Part shown: positions 13,308-27,325 of the stretch, one piece after another | Position numbering within the stretch: the first letter of the stretch is position 1 | How the letters are laid out: the number at the start of each line of letters is the position of its first letter | Assembly: GCA_964016885.1 (NCBI GenBank) | Contig: OZ024747.1 | Span: forward strand, 93,248,001-93,312,000 | From: Eledone cirrhosa | Taxonomy: Eukaryota | DNA: 64,000 bases | Direction of reading: 5' to 3' | The notes under the pieces: generated by a model | Database searches by the model: none | The model's input: only the letters and a program-made list of their open reading frames with translations | What the model was told of the DNA's origin: nothing | Made by a program: the position numbers and the translations under genes

Positions 13308-15359
13308 TATATATTAATAATAAATTGCTAGCAGGGAAAACAGGCATTAAATGGTGATGATGAAATTATTATTTTTTGATATTGGAAGAGGATGACAGTG
13401 ATAACTGCTCTAGACATGGATCAAATTTCTAAATATGAATACAAAAAATAAAGCAAACACACCTGGGAGGAAAGAAAAAATAACTATCACTATCAGATTC
13501 TAGTCAAGTTTTTGGAGATAGGAAAAGTACAGTAATCTCAGGAGATAGCCACATGTAAGATATAAATCATCATCACTGTTTAACATCTATTTTCTATGCT
13601 TGTATGGGTTAGACAGGTTGTCACGTGAGAAGTCTTGCTCAGAGGGAACTGTTTATGGCTTGGTTTCTATGGCTGGATGCCCTTCCTAATGCCAACCACA
13701 TTAGTGTGGACTGAGTACTTTTTCATCATGGTACAATTACTACTGGCATGACCAACTACAGACTGGGTCTGTGGGATTTTGTTGTGTCAACAACATGATC
13801 ACCTACAGAACAAGCTGTGTGTGTTTTTTCTCATGTCACTAACACAACCACCTTACAGGATGGAATGGGTGCTTTTTGTTGTGTCACTAACACAACCACC
13901 TCTTTAAAAATTACATCAAGCCAGATCTAAGACAGTGGATTGCAGTATCGGTGGAATGTTTGAAAAAATACTTTCTGGTATTTAGTTACATCTATTTATA
14001 CTCTGAGTATCCCGCTGTCGATTTCAGTGATTTATCCCGCTGATAAATCACTGAAAGACTTTGGAGGGGGAAAAAAAGTGAAACATAAGAATTTACATTC
14101 CATCATTTCTAATCACCATCTTCATAGTTTTAACATCTATTTGACCATATTGGCACTATGTACATGGGTTAGCAATTCAGCATATCTTCACTTGTATCTA
14201 TTGTGTAGTCCGTGAGGCCTAACATCTAGCTACCCAACCTCACCACTCCTTTCCAAGTTTCCTTTTTGTTAACGCATAGGTATTGTCAGTACATAACATT
14301 TTTCATACACCATCTCCAGTCATAATTCTTCTGCCAAAAACCATCAAAAGAATTAGCTAGATATATCTCCAAAAATATCTATGGAAACAACACAGAAAAC
14401 AATGGTGCTTAAGATTTGAAATTGAGACAAATTTGTGTAACCCATACCAGTACAGAAAAATTGTGTTTAAACTTATAATGACATGCAGTCCAACAGTGAC
14501 CATCACATCTTTTGCATATTTAGGACTATATATTGAATGTGTTCTTCCTTTTTTTTAATATGGTAGGGTGTGACAAACATGCACAAGATTTCCAGGCATG
14601 ATGATGACACACAAACACACATGACAATGATGATGATGCATGTCTGAAAACTACTAAGTCATACATCTAGTCAATTCAATACTTAACACCCAAATCACTC
14701 CATGTGTATTTGTTTTTGTTTTGTGTTATTTTTCTCTAATCAGTCCCAGAGAGATGAAAGACTAAGCTGACCTGTCTGAAATATCATTGACACAATGATA
14801 AGAAATGTAACTTGCCGATAAGAACTTTATAACCTGACATTACAGATTCACCATCAGCCCTCCACCCACACCCCAAATTTTGCATATAAAAAATTTGAAA
14901 AGGGGCAAAATAATAAATTTACAGGGGGGGGGGGGGGGGGTCAATAAGTTAACTCTTCCTCACCAAAATATGCCTAGAAAGTCTTTAGATTTAAAGAAAA
15001 TAGTTTTAGTGCCAAGAAATCAATATACATACACCAGACATTTGTCAAGAGAGAACTTGACTTAGGTTTTAAAGGTAAGCTACGGTATACCATCATAATA
15101 GTAAAAGACAAATGTATGTTACTATCAAAATTACTATCATTGTTTTTAAGTCTGTTTTGTCACGCTTGAAGTCGATAGAACCTGTGGAAGACCTAAGAAA
15201 ACTTGAGACAATTTTGTTGAAGGCTGACTTCACACAGCTAAACTTCATGAAGAAGATAACCAAGGATCAAGATGATTAACAATATGCCATAGATACTGCA
15301 GAACACTTGCCTTTCCATGCAAGCAGGATGATATAAACATGGAGAAGACAGCCCTCACT

Positions 15360-16230
15360 TGCCAGTAAGGTCCCAACTCCCCTCCACCTTAAACCCAGAG
15401 AAGCAGAAGTGAAACATTTAGGTCCCTACCTGTCAGTGTACTCCCAATTTCCTCACCATCACCACACCATCAGCCTCCCCCCACTTTTCTTAGCCATCTC
15501 CCTCACTTACTGATCCTTTGATTCACTTCCCTCATTCAACCATTATCTCCTCCGCCACCACCACTCTGTTAGTTCCTTCCAATCATACTCTTCTCTCCTC
15601 CTTTCTCGTCCAACCCATGCCAACATAGAAAGCTAGGATGGACTTACTCTGATTCACTTCCATGCCCAACCCGTGCTCCCCCCCCCTCCTTCCACTAACA
15701 TCCATTACTCACTTTCCTTGTCCCACACAGATAGGCACATTCTACAATATATCAAACACAACCCACTTGCTTCTGGGTCACCCCTATGACATGGCACTTC
15801 CTTTTCTCACAGTGGGATGCCACACAACTTCCCACCAAGACAATCAGCACATAGCCGGCACCCCCACCCAATGTCCGACAGTTTCAGAGTATGACAATAC
15901 ATCTGGCCCAGGCAGGTATAGAGGATGATGATGTACACCTCTTCCCCAATGTCACATTCCTGGTGAACCTATCCTCTCCAACCCATGCATGGAAAGCCAA
16001 ACATTCTACAACATACTGCCAAGTTCAACTCATTCTCTTCAAGACCAACCCTATGACACATCAACTGCCCTCTGTCTGTGGCACATCAATTGCCCTCAAC
16101 AAGCAACATATGACACCATCCCTATGACACATCAACTGCCCTCAACAAGCAACATGTAGTCTAACATTTGCTCTCATAATGCTCATCATTACCTCCCCAG
16201 TTAGGTCAAGGACACAACGAGCATCCAATT
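15360..16230 (+). mobile_element. Possible heavily decayed Penelope-like element ORF (RT/GIY-YIG remnant)
   Basis: C-rich non-tandem block with broken motif echoes (HFTSCHP-like near 15655; HINC..SNVVY..C near 16130-16170); no intact ORF. Confidence 0.3.
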
Positions 16231-16620
16231 GTCATAATGAGCTAGCATGGGTGGCATGATAATACACACCCAGTCCACCCTGTTAGACAGCCATGCCAGT
16301 GTCATGACAAAAAGCAGACAGTCCAGCCCATAAAAGAGTCATGCTGGTGCCATGGCAAAAAACACCTGGTCAAACCTGTGAAGTGGTAGTGCTAGTGCCA
16401 CAAAAATGCTTCCAGTATACACACTCTAAGGTGTTCGACATTAGGAAGAGCATCCGGATGTAGAAATCCACGCCAAAAACAGAGGCCTCATAACCTGACA
16501 GCCTGTCTAAATCATGCAAGCATGGAAAATAGACATATGATGATAAATACTTTAAAGATTAGCATTGTAAAATCAAACGTGGTTTCAGATGGGTTGGTAG
16601 AAAAAGGGTTAAACTAAATT

Positions 16621-16794
16621 TTAACCCTTTAGCATTTAAACCAACCGTATCAGACCAGAATTCTTTCACCTCTCAAAATAAATAATATCAAAATCTCATT
16701 GATTTGATATTATGTAAGATAATTATGTGAAATAAAGTGTTTACCATGAAAATACAATAGTAAATAAAGAGTAATGTAAATGCTAAAGGGTTAA
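16621..16794. mobile_element. MITE M1 copy, reverse orientation, internal deletion
   Basis: TTAAccctttagcattta...taaatgctaaagggTTAA. Confidence 0.88.
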
Positions 16795-17816
16795 ATTTAG
16801 TATAAAGAATTTAGAAAGAAGTTCTAGAACATATATTTTCCCATAGAGTTATTATAGAGGAGTAAAGTAAAGCATTGTTGTCAGCAATTGAAATAACTGT
16901 TGCTGATAGCATTTGACTAGACTACTACTGCACCTTTCAAATGAGTAATATTAAAACAATACTGAAACTTTAGATTTCTTCACAAATAATAAAATAGAAG
17001 TTGTACTGTTCATTCTTCTCCCATGATTAAAACATTATTAGCAAAGCGTCTAAAGTTCTCCCAAGTGGGTAACTAACAGTGAGCTACAGTCTCAGTTTCA
17101 ACAAGAACCTACTGTCGCATTGCCAACGGTTGCTACAGTAATACTAAAGAAAGATAAAGAAACAAATTGGCAGAAAAGAAAAAGTCAGAAAAAGATTCAA
17201 TATATTGAATAAAATTCAAAATAGTTTAGATCTTTTTTCTTCAGTTACACAAATTACCAAAATATAAAAAAATAAAAAAAGGGAGGGGTTTAAAACTCCT
17301 GATGAACTGAATTCTTTTCAGATGACATCACAGAAAGTAATATTTTCCCTTTCGATGACGATGAATTTAATTTACAAAAAAAAAAAAAAAAAAAAAAAAA
17401 TGGATGAAAGAAAAGGGAAAGGAAAAAAAGAAAACAAAACTGAATGAAGTGTCAATATAAAAAAAATTAATGTTAAAATTAAAACTAGGAGGAATTTGAA
17501 CCTACTCATCTCCCCCACACATATACACAGCCCATCTTTTTTCACTTCTAAGAGTGGAAAAGATAATTATTCAACTGCCTTTTCATCCCCACCCCATAAA
17601 CACCCTCCATAATCAGCCACCTCAATCATTAGCTCAAATAGCAACAACACAAGAAAGTTGGTTCACTGAAATTATCCCACAGAAAAGGCAAGAGAATAAC
17701 TTGGTGTATTTCCATCTTAGATGTGAATGAATGGATCTCCATCGGTTTCAACGATGAGTGCTCCAGTTGTTCAATTAACATGTAAGTGGCTGAGCATTCT
17801 GCAGACACATGTACCC

Positions 17817-18012
17817 TTAACCCATTAGCATTTACATTACTCTATATTTACTATTATATTTTCATAGTAAAGACTTTACCTCACATAATTATCTCACATC
17901 TATGAGATTTCGATATTAGTTATTTTGAGAACAATACCTTAACATCAGTATGAATAGAAAGAGGAGAGAGAATTCTGGCCAGATATGGCCAGTTTAAATG
18001 CTGAAGGGTTAA
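17817..18012. mobile_element. MITE M1 copy nested in SINE S3
   Basis: TTAA on both sides; the empty site is seen at 631-650. Confidence 0.9.
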
Positions 18013-18635
18013 CATAATTCTCAGGCAGATTCAGCATAATACAGTGTATGACAAGATTGGCCCTTTGAAATAGCAGGTACAATCCATCCAAAGAGGGGAG
18101 CACCCAGCAATTTCCATCAGCCCAATTTCATCTACAAGGCATGGATTGACATGAGGCTAAAGTAAATGACCCTTACCCAAGATGCCATGCAGTAAGATCA
18201 AACCCAGTACCTAATAATTGCAAAGCAAACTTAATCATTCTTAATCATTCGTCATGTTGCATCCAAATAGAGGGAAGCTGAATAGTCACAAGTGTATACG
18301 TAGGGCTCAATAAGCATCAAGGTGAGAGGAACTGTGGCTGCAATAGTAGTGATGTGATGACCATGTGGTGGTGGTGTTTGTAGGGAGTAGTGTAACAGCA
18401 GTAGGAGGGAGTGGATCTGTGAACATTGGTAGTAGGAGGTGGAATTAAGTGTACTAATGGGTGAACTAGGTGATGGTAATGAGAATGATTAGTGGTGGGA
18501 TGGTAAAGTGATGATGGTGACCTTGGAACATGATTGTAGTGTCAATAATGGTTTCTACTTTTGGCACAAGGCCAGCAATTATTTCAGTGTATTACTGGTA
18601 CTGTATTTTATCAACCCCATGGGACAGTTAATGCC

Positions 18636-18900
18636 AGTGGTGGTGGTGGTAGTAGCAGTGGTGGTAGTAGTAGCGGTGGTGGTGGTAGTAGCGGTGGTGG
18701 TGGTAGTAGCGGTGGTGGTGGTAGTAGCGGTGGTGGTGGTAGTAGCAGTGGTAAGGTTGTGTCAGTAGTGTAGATGGTCATAGTAGTGGTGGTAGTAGAG
18801 GTAGTAAGGTTGTGTCAGTAGTGTAGATGGTCATAGTAGTGGTGGTAAGGTTGTGTCAGTAGTGTAGATGGTCATAGTAGTAGCAGTGGTAGTGGCAGTA
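18636..18900. repeat. (GTG/GTA)n compound repeat with 18-bp and longer higher-order units
   Basis: gcggtggtggtggtagta repeats followed by gtaaggttgtgtcagtagtgtagatggtcatagtagt x3. Confidence 0.9.
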
Positions 18901-19666
18901 ATGGAACAGTTGAGATAATAGAGATAGAGAGATAGAAAGTGAGGAAGACAGCGCTATAGTGAAGTAGATAGTTACCAAATAAATTCTATGTAAAACAGAT
19001 TGAACAATGACCATTTAAAGTAAGCACAATTGAACACATTAAAGAATGGCAAAGTCTCACACAAAAGCTAATTACATAATTTCCCTCCCTCACTACCTTC
19101 AAATTTTTCTTAATTAATTAGTCAGAAGAAACAGGTTAGCAACCATGACCTTTGTAGAACCTTCTAGATGATATTTAATTTGGAAATATGTATGTAAAGC
19201 AGGGCCAGAAAAGGAATTCTGGGAGGTTGCAACTCTTAAGAGGAAGAGGAATAATTACGAAAAGTATTCTTTAATATAAGGTCAAGGGGGTTGACGTAGT
19301 GGGTAATGTGAAGTGGGAGGGAGGGGGTAATGTGAAGTGGGAGGGGGGCACAAGTGTGAAGATGGCTTGGCTGTAAGGAGTATACAAATGAGTATACAAC
19401 AGAGCAGCAGTAAACTTTATAAAGTGGTTGGCATTAAGAAAGGCATCCAGCCATAGAAACCATGCCAAAACTGGAATATGTTAATAAAATGTGGCTCTCA
19501 GCTGGTCTAGAACAGTAGCCTCGGTTAACTACTGACTTGATCTCAACCAACAAATGCTAGCAAGGAAAAGCGTGCGCGTGCGTGTGCGTGCGTGCGTGCG
19601 TGTTTCTTTCACCCGCACCATGCGAAAACACAATATCGACTTCTCTATTTAGGGGTCTTACTTGTT

Positions 19667-19714
<48 letters not shown>

Positions 19715-19821
19715 TTTTAATGCAATGAAATATCTATGATCGTCGGCAAATCACTGATGAGGGACTTATTTTATTACATGTTATCCATGTGCAACCAGCA
19801 GTATTCTTCTCCCCATTTTTT

Positions 19822-19860
<39 letters not shown>

Positions 19861-20761
19861 CCAAGTTTGTTTTGAAACAGTGAGTGAAGTTTTAAAATTT
19901 AGTAGTAATAGAAGCTTTCACCGTATTTTTTACTAAAGAAATTTTAGCCCGATAGTGGGGTTTAAAACCATCTATATATGGTTTGCCAACGGTTGAGCTC
20001 TTGCTTCTTCAACACCTGATTCTGTTTGGAATTAGCTGTCAAAAGAGCTCAGCCATTAGGCCCCAACTTTCTCTAATATAGTTACATTCTACTATTCCAA
20101 GTATTGAGTACTCTGCTGAATAATGATCTTACTAGTTTAAAATCCTGGTATATATAAGGATGAGTATTGACGTACATATAAATGAGCGTTCTTTTTGAAT
20201 AGTTCCCATCTTAATTATAACCCTAACAATAATAAACTAATTAACAGCACAACTATGAACTCAACAGTTGTCTTTCAGTAGTGCCATCACTAGGAATATT
20301 TATATTCAATCTTTGGAAATCTGATTTAAGAATAACCTACTGTAGAGTATATATTAAAAGAAGAGTGCTACCAAACTTTTACCCACCCACAATAAAAACA
20401 AAAAAAAACACTAGAGAGAGGTTAGTGCAACTGTAGAAATTTAGCAATGACTAAGACAGCCGGCCAAGACTGTCTTCTGTTTACATAAAAAAAAGGTTTT
20501 GAATTGAAGTGAGTCAGAGAGAACTTTGCTCAGGTCCATTGTTACAGAAGAAACATTAGTGAGTTTCTTCTGTAACAATTATCATCATCATCATCATCTT
20601 CATTTTAAATACATTTAACTTTTTCAACTCCTCTCTCTCCTTATTATATATATTGACACAATTACTGAATATGTAATATGACAAACAGCAACAGGATTTG
20701 AACATTAAAAAAAAAAAAAATAAAATAAAAAAATATGACTACATATCAGTTTCACAAATAA

Positions 20762-20847
20762 TGCATGTATGTATGTATGTATGTATGTGCGTGTATACAC
20801 ACACATATATATATATATATATGTATGCGTGTGTGTATATATACATA

Positions 20848-20883
<36 letters not shown>

Positions 20884-20920
20884 CATACACACGTGTGTGT
20901 GTGTGTGTATGTATGTATGT
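20762..20920. repeat. Compound TA/TG/TATG microsatellite
   Basis: Direct observation. Confidence 0.9.
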
Positions 20921-21934
20921 GAAATATTGTTGCAGAGGGGGAGAGTAGGGTGTGTGTGATGAAGTAGTAGTGTTAAACATACTCTTGTCATGTGTCAGAC
21001 AGAATCAGTTAAGAGTTGACACAGAATAATAGTTCCTGCTGCTAAAGAGGACTAGTCACTCACTCACTAAGAGGAACTATAGACAAGGAGATTTAGGGAC
21101 AGAGAAAGAAGGAGAAAAAAGGAAGTAAAAGGAAAGAGATTGAAATGCAAATAAAAATGAGCAGTTACTGACAAGTGGTATTTTTTATATAGGTCAATAA
21201 AACCATTTTTTTTTTTTTTTTAAACTGTCAAGGAATGACTGCTGAAAAGCAAAATGGCATAAATGTTTACTAGTCTCCTTTTATTACATATTCAAGTGGG
21301 TTTTGGGGCTTTTTTTTAAATTTATTTATTTATTTTTTTTAATTTTCAAATTCTTTAAAAATATATAATTATTATTAGAAGTCACATTAAAATCTAAATG
21401 TTAATTGAAAATAATTTATTCTAATAGAGAAATAGTGTCTGTATGGGTGGGGGTAAATTTCAAATTATATACTATAGTGGTTAAAACCCCACACAAATGT
21501 GTGTGGTTGTTTACACACACACACCACACACACACACACAGAGTGGTTGGTAGAAAAGATGAACTTATGTTTAGAGTGATAGAGCAAACAAATTTTAAAT
21601 ATCTAAATAGTATCCAAACAGCTAAGAGAAGTCTTTGAATTAGAAACATGAAGACATGAAAGAATGTGAGAGATTTAGAGCTGATATGGAGTGGAAAGAT
21701 GAACAGCTGAGTGAATAAGGAATAAGAACATTAAGTTCAAATATGCTGCAGGGCAGAAAAAAAGGTCTGAAATTTGCAATCAATTGGTATCCTATTTGAA
21801 GGGTCAGTGGGATTACATTAGGTATATAACATTATAGAAATAAGAGTTTCAGTTCCAATTTTGTAGGCTCTTCAGGTCCCTGAAATAATCTAATATAAAG
21901 CTGTACAATATTAGAGTTTGATAAAAAATATATA

Positions 21935-22163
21935 CAGGGTGCCCACAAAAACACTCCTTGATTTCAAATACTTATATCAAAACTTAAATGAATATTCTTA
22001 CAATATTGGTGTATAAACTAACAAAGTTCCATGTGGTATTGCTTGATATCATAGACACTCGATGTTTGTCCCTTTTCTTGCTCAGCAAATATTGTAAGAA
22101 TATTCATTTAAGTTTTGATATTTTAAGTATTTGAAATCAAGGAGTGTTTTTGTGGGCACCCTG
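21935..22163. mobile_element. Tc1/mariner-type MITE with TA TSD and long TIRs
   Basis: TA-cagggtgcccacaaaaacactccttgatttcaaatactta ... taagtatttgaaatcaaggagtgtttttgtgggcaccctg-TA; the inverted match extends ~70 bp with one small indel. Confidence 0.9.
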
Positions 22164-23120
22164 TACATTGATAGTAGTCCTAGAATCTAGAAGTAATTAT
22201 TTGCCAAATATAGAACTATTTAGAATATAGAAACTAATTATTTGAAAATTCTACATACAAGCTATCAGCTAATCTGCCTTAGTACTGAGTGAGTAAATGT
22301 TAATGAAGATGGATAAAGATCCTGAAATACTAGTACTTAACATTCTTACATTGTTACTGATGTAGATGTGACATGGCCACTGCTTAAAATATCCACAGCA
22401 AGTATGTATGTTTAATACACATAAACATTACATATGCTTTCATATACACCTCTCTACTACCAAAGGCACTAGCTGTAAAAACAATTACTCCAACAAAAAA
22501 CACCATGACATTAAAAAATGGATGTGAACTAGTAATATATATGTATATATTTATCCTTGATGTGATATAACATGTCTATAAAGATTTTTTATAATGCTCA
22601 TATTTCTTCAGAATTCATTTTTATGATTCCCATTAAAGTAAATCTGCAATTCCCATTATAAAAATTTGCCTTAAAAGATATTAACTTTGCCCTTACCACC
22701 ACCATCTTTATCATCATCATAAACATAAAAATCTTAACCAGTCATGAATCATTTGTTAAAAAAAAGATTCTTCTCCACTAAAAGAAACTCCCCCAAAAAA
22801 GTTTCAAAAGATTATGAAGACATGTTCTATCCAGTTATGGGGGACCCATCATTTAACAAAAGAAATATTCGTTGACATCCTAACAAAGCCAGCCTGACAG
22901 TTAAGCAGAACTGGTTAATTAGAAAGGAAATTGCTAATTAAACAGCTATTGTCAAGGATTTAACAAATACACAGCATGGGGCAGACTTTTTTTAATTTGA
23001 CAAGCATGATAATCTTAAGAAAAGGGATAACTAGAAAACAATGTTCACTGGATAAAGTTATGAAACAAAAAAATAGAAGCCTAATATTTTCTTGTAGTTG
23101 TTTTGTGGGGTTTTTTTGTC

Positions 23121-23166
<46 letters not shown>

Positions 23167-23632
23167 GTAATAAACAGGGTTAACTTTACAAATTTGACTC
23201 GTATACAAATCGTTTGTAGAAGTGTTTTGCTTATGTCCCTGAAAGTTAATATATTCATCTTAATTTTAACCACTATATATATTTTATCTAAGCAGCAAAA
23301 TATCTCTCAAAGAATACACTGTTAAAAAACAAATGTATAATAATGCATGTACAATGTCTGTAACAAAACACAGGATGATCACCACTGCAATACCTTTGAT
23401 CCTAAGTCTATGAGATCATGGCTGAACTGAGGTTAACCAACAACAGAAACAACAGGTTCATGACTTTGTGGTTAGGGTGTTGGACTCATGATCTTTAAAG
23501 TCACATGTTTGATTCCTTGACTGGACAGCACATGATGTTCTTGACCCTGATACTGTCGAGGATTTAAACATTTGTGTGAAGTCATGTTCTAAATATAAAC
23601 TTACTCATGAAAAGCTTAGTTATTTTATTATA

Positions 23633-23803
23633 CTAGAAATGTGTTCAACATGCCGACGCGTATGTGTATGTACATATACATACATATGTATCAGTGTATA
23701 AATATAAACGCACAAACACACACACAAAAATACACAGACATACATTCACACACACACACATATTTACACAAACGGATGGAAGCCGCTCAAATTTATATAT
23801 AGA
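23633..23803 (-). mobile_element. Short non-autonomous Helitron with internal microsatellite (H2)
   Basis: Revcomp A|TCTATATATAAAT ... CTAG|T; it interrupts an M2 MITE whose uninterrupted form is at ~42920-42990. Confidence 0.7.
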
Positions 23804-23947
23804 TTCTTCCAAATTGTTCGTTATTTTAAAAATTAATTGAAACAGGCAATGTAAGTCATTAGAAATATGGTAACAGATGGGTTAAGCAGGACATTTCATT
23901 TCATGCTGCTTTTCATGATAGGACTAGAGACCCTATCATTAAAACAA

Positions 23948-24163
23948 TTAACCCTTTAGCATTTAAACCAGCCGTATCCAGCCAGAATTATTTCACCTCT
24001 TTCTGTTCAAACCAGCCATAACTGGCTGCTCATACTTATATTAAGGTATTGTTCTCAAAATAAATAATATCAAAATCTCGTAGATTCGATTTTATGTGAG
24101 ATAAAGTGTTTACCGTGAAAATACAATAGTAAATATAGAGCAATGTAAATGCTAAAGGGTCAA
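23948..24163. mobile_element. MITE M1 copy, reverse orientation
   Basis: TIRs intact, TTAA/TCAA flanks. Confidence 0.85.
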
Positions 24164-27113
24164 GAAAACTCTTAGAACAGCTAAACTTGCATAAGTGTCA
24201 ACTGTCTAAACATAAGCTAAACAAAGTTAGCAAAATAAATGATTTTACAAACATTTACAGTCATACAGTTGCCATTCTTAACACAAATGAACATGTTGTG
24301 ATCAGAAGTTGTAATTTCAACTAAATCTTGTATTGCTTAACCCTATTGGCACCAAACCAACCGAGAGGGCCCCTGGTCCTATGATACATAGCTGTATATT
24401 TTGAAGTGTTTATATTTATCTAAAAATATGGGAATATAATTTTATGTAAGAACCTTTGTTTAGCTATGTTCCAAACGCTAACTTAAAAAAGTTAGTTATA
24501 TTACTAAATCTTGATTATTTTCAAAATGATTAGATAATCGTAAGCAGCTTCCTTTCGGCCTCCATTTGCTCATAATAGTATGAGATGAGGAGAGACAGAA
24601 GCGGTGACATTGGGAGTTTGGTTCCATTGTGTTCGAACATGGTATATATATATGTATATAGTTATTTACCACACCACATTAACTGTATATAAGTTACATT
24701 AGCCTTTCATCCTTACGGAATCGATAAAATAAAGTACCAGTAATGCACTGGGTAATTGCTGGCCTTGTGCCAAAAGTAGAAACAATTATTATAACTTAAA
24801 ATGACTTCAACAAAATCTTAATGCTTTTTGAAAAAAAAACATTTTTGCTATGAAAAAATATTCTTTTTAAATAATTGAATCTGACTGGCAATAAAACATG
24901 CTTAAAAAGGGTTAAAATGTGCAATACAATCACAATTCTTTAAACATAGTAAAATAATATTCCATAGGGGAAAACTATAATATATCTAAGGTAATTGCAT
25001 ATATGCTGTCTATTTCAAACAAGTGTAGTGGGGGAAGGAGATACATCATATGATAACGAAACAACTTCCTGTGCCTTCTGTTATTCTAACTACCAAAAAA
25101 TCTTTAAAGTGGATCCACAGAAACGTATGATTGGTCTTAGATATTTTTAGCAGCTTATCTGTCATAGGCAGTAGTAACATGTATGAAATTACAAATAAAT
25201 ACACTCAATACTATAAACATCCTTGCAATCATTGCAATAAACAGAATGAAAACATATTCAGGTGAACTTTATGGATAACATTCACTTATTAAAAAAATAA
25301 TCAATTAAATGTCCGTGCGCATGCGCGTGTGTAACATGTAATAGGGGTGTCATATACGGGAGGATTGCTTTATGTCTGTATAAAGTGAATGTATATATGT
25401 TACACACCATGGTTGATCTATGTTAAGACAGTAACTGTTAAACTTCTGTAGCATAGCAGTGGCTAATACACCACCATAAGGATTATATCTGCTGATGAAG
25501 CCTACCTGACCCACTTGCATACGTAACTGCTATGAATGTGTATTATGCATTTAGCTACATATATAGCCAAGTGTAGTAGAAACTGCCAACAGCCAAGTAA
25601 ATGAATTTTCCCTGAGTATTTCTTGTTGCTATTCTCTGTTTGGTTTCTACAAATTCTCTAGGCATTCTATACAAAACCTTTTCAAAAGTAAATTGATTGT
25701 TGTCACTTTGAGAAAAGTTTTTCTATTTATCATTGAGTATTGATCAGCTCATTCCAAATTTATCAATAATGACAATAAATTCCTAATGTCACCAAACTAT
25801 AATGTAACTGCTTATGGCTAAGAGCAGGTCATGTGTGAAACACATGTAACGTGTGACTTCGAATAAAGATTGTTGAATTGAAACATCCATCTCTCTTTCT
25901 TAATATAAATAAATGGATGTCGGTGTTAATCTCCACTTTTAATTCTGACCATCAATTCACATAACAGCACTGAAATAGGCATACCAATAATAATTAGTAT
26001 TACTTATCAACAGACACACTATATATATATATACACACACACACACATACATACATAGTTTATGAAATCGTTGATATTAACTCAACGGTCTCTAGCCAGC
26101 GCCTCGCCCACTCAATAAATCTGCGAGATTGCAGTAATGATACTGCAACCCGTAGTTCAGAGAGCACACATTTTAGTTAATAGCAAGTAAAGTGGGTGTG
26201 TTTCAGTACACACAGAGAGAGAGAGAGAGTGTGAGTGTGTGTCATCATCATCATCATCATCATCGTTGTCATCCTTTTAACACCCGCTTTCCCTGCTAGT
26301 AAGGGATGGAGAAACTGTGTGAGAGTGAAGATGTTCATGTACACATGTTAAGCCAGTGCATTTCAGATGCTAATTTGACAAAAAGAGTGGAAAATATACA
26401 GATGGCAGCAGTAGTGTCTGTTGACAAGCTCAGCTGCATAATCACAGATTCTATGACAACATAAGGTATATTTCTTTAAATATACTCTTTTAAGAGAATT
26501 TTTTTCCCCCCTTTTTGAAATTAGAAATAATATTTGTTAAACAATATTATTTTATCGTTTTGATAATGGGTAAACCATCCACTTTCTTCAAAACTATGTT
26601 AAATAATAACAATAAAAACAGATGATAGCTGACCCAAAATAAATCTTTCTATTCACAAAACATAGGCAGCGAATTGGTAGAGTCTTAAGAACGTTGGATA
26701 GAATGGTTTGTGGTATTTGTTTTAGCTCTCTGCTTTCTGAGTTCAAATCCCACAGAAGTCAACTTTGCCTTTCATCCCTTCGAGGTCGATAAAAAAAAGT
26801 ACCAGTCTAATACTGGGGTTGAATCTTCCTCTATATCTCTTTCTCACTATCCTTCTCTGGAAGAAATCTGCTGTATTTAGGCCTGGAGAGGGATGGGCTT
26901 TGCCAGGTTGAAAAAATGTCCTAGAAACACTGTATGTCATCACAGCATCCCTATGACTCCATCAGGAGTTACAGGACCATGCCATGTATTCACAAAATAG
27001 ATGTTTCACAAACTCTTAGCTATGAGCAAAACTATGAAAAAGTAACCAAATCTCTCACAAATTACCCCCCAGTCATATACATTGAATAATGAAATTCTAT
27101 ATACACTATATCT

Positions 27114-27325
27114 GTCATCATCATCATCATCATCACCGTTTTACGTCCGTTCTTCCACGCTAGCATGGGTTAGACGGGTTGTCCTGTTGTGGGCAGTGTC
27201 TGGTCGGCTGACCATGCCTTGCTCATACAGGAACTGATCTGGCTTGATTTCTACAGCTGGATGCCCTTCCTAACACCAACCTCATTTACAGTGAGTGCTG
27301 GGTGCTTTTTCGTGGCGCCTACACG
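27114..27325 (-). mobile_element. RTE LINE 3'UTR-only insertion with (ATG)n tail
   Basis: Near-identical reverse complement of 43730-43935. Confidence 0.88.

Noticed and set aside
18508-18773. Poly-Val / Gly-Ser ORFs
   Set aside because: Translations of a GTG/GTA microsatellite
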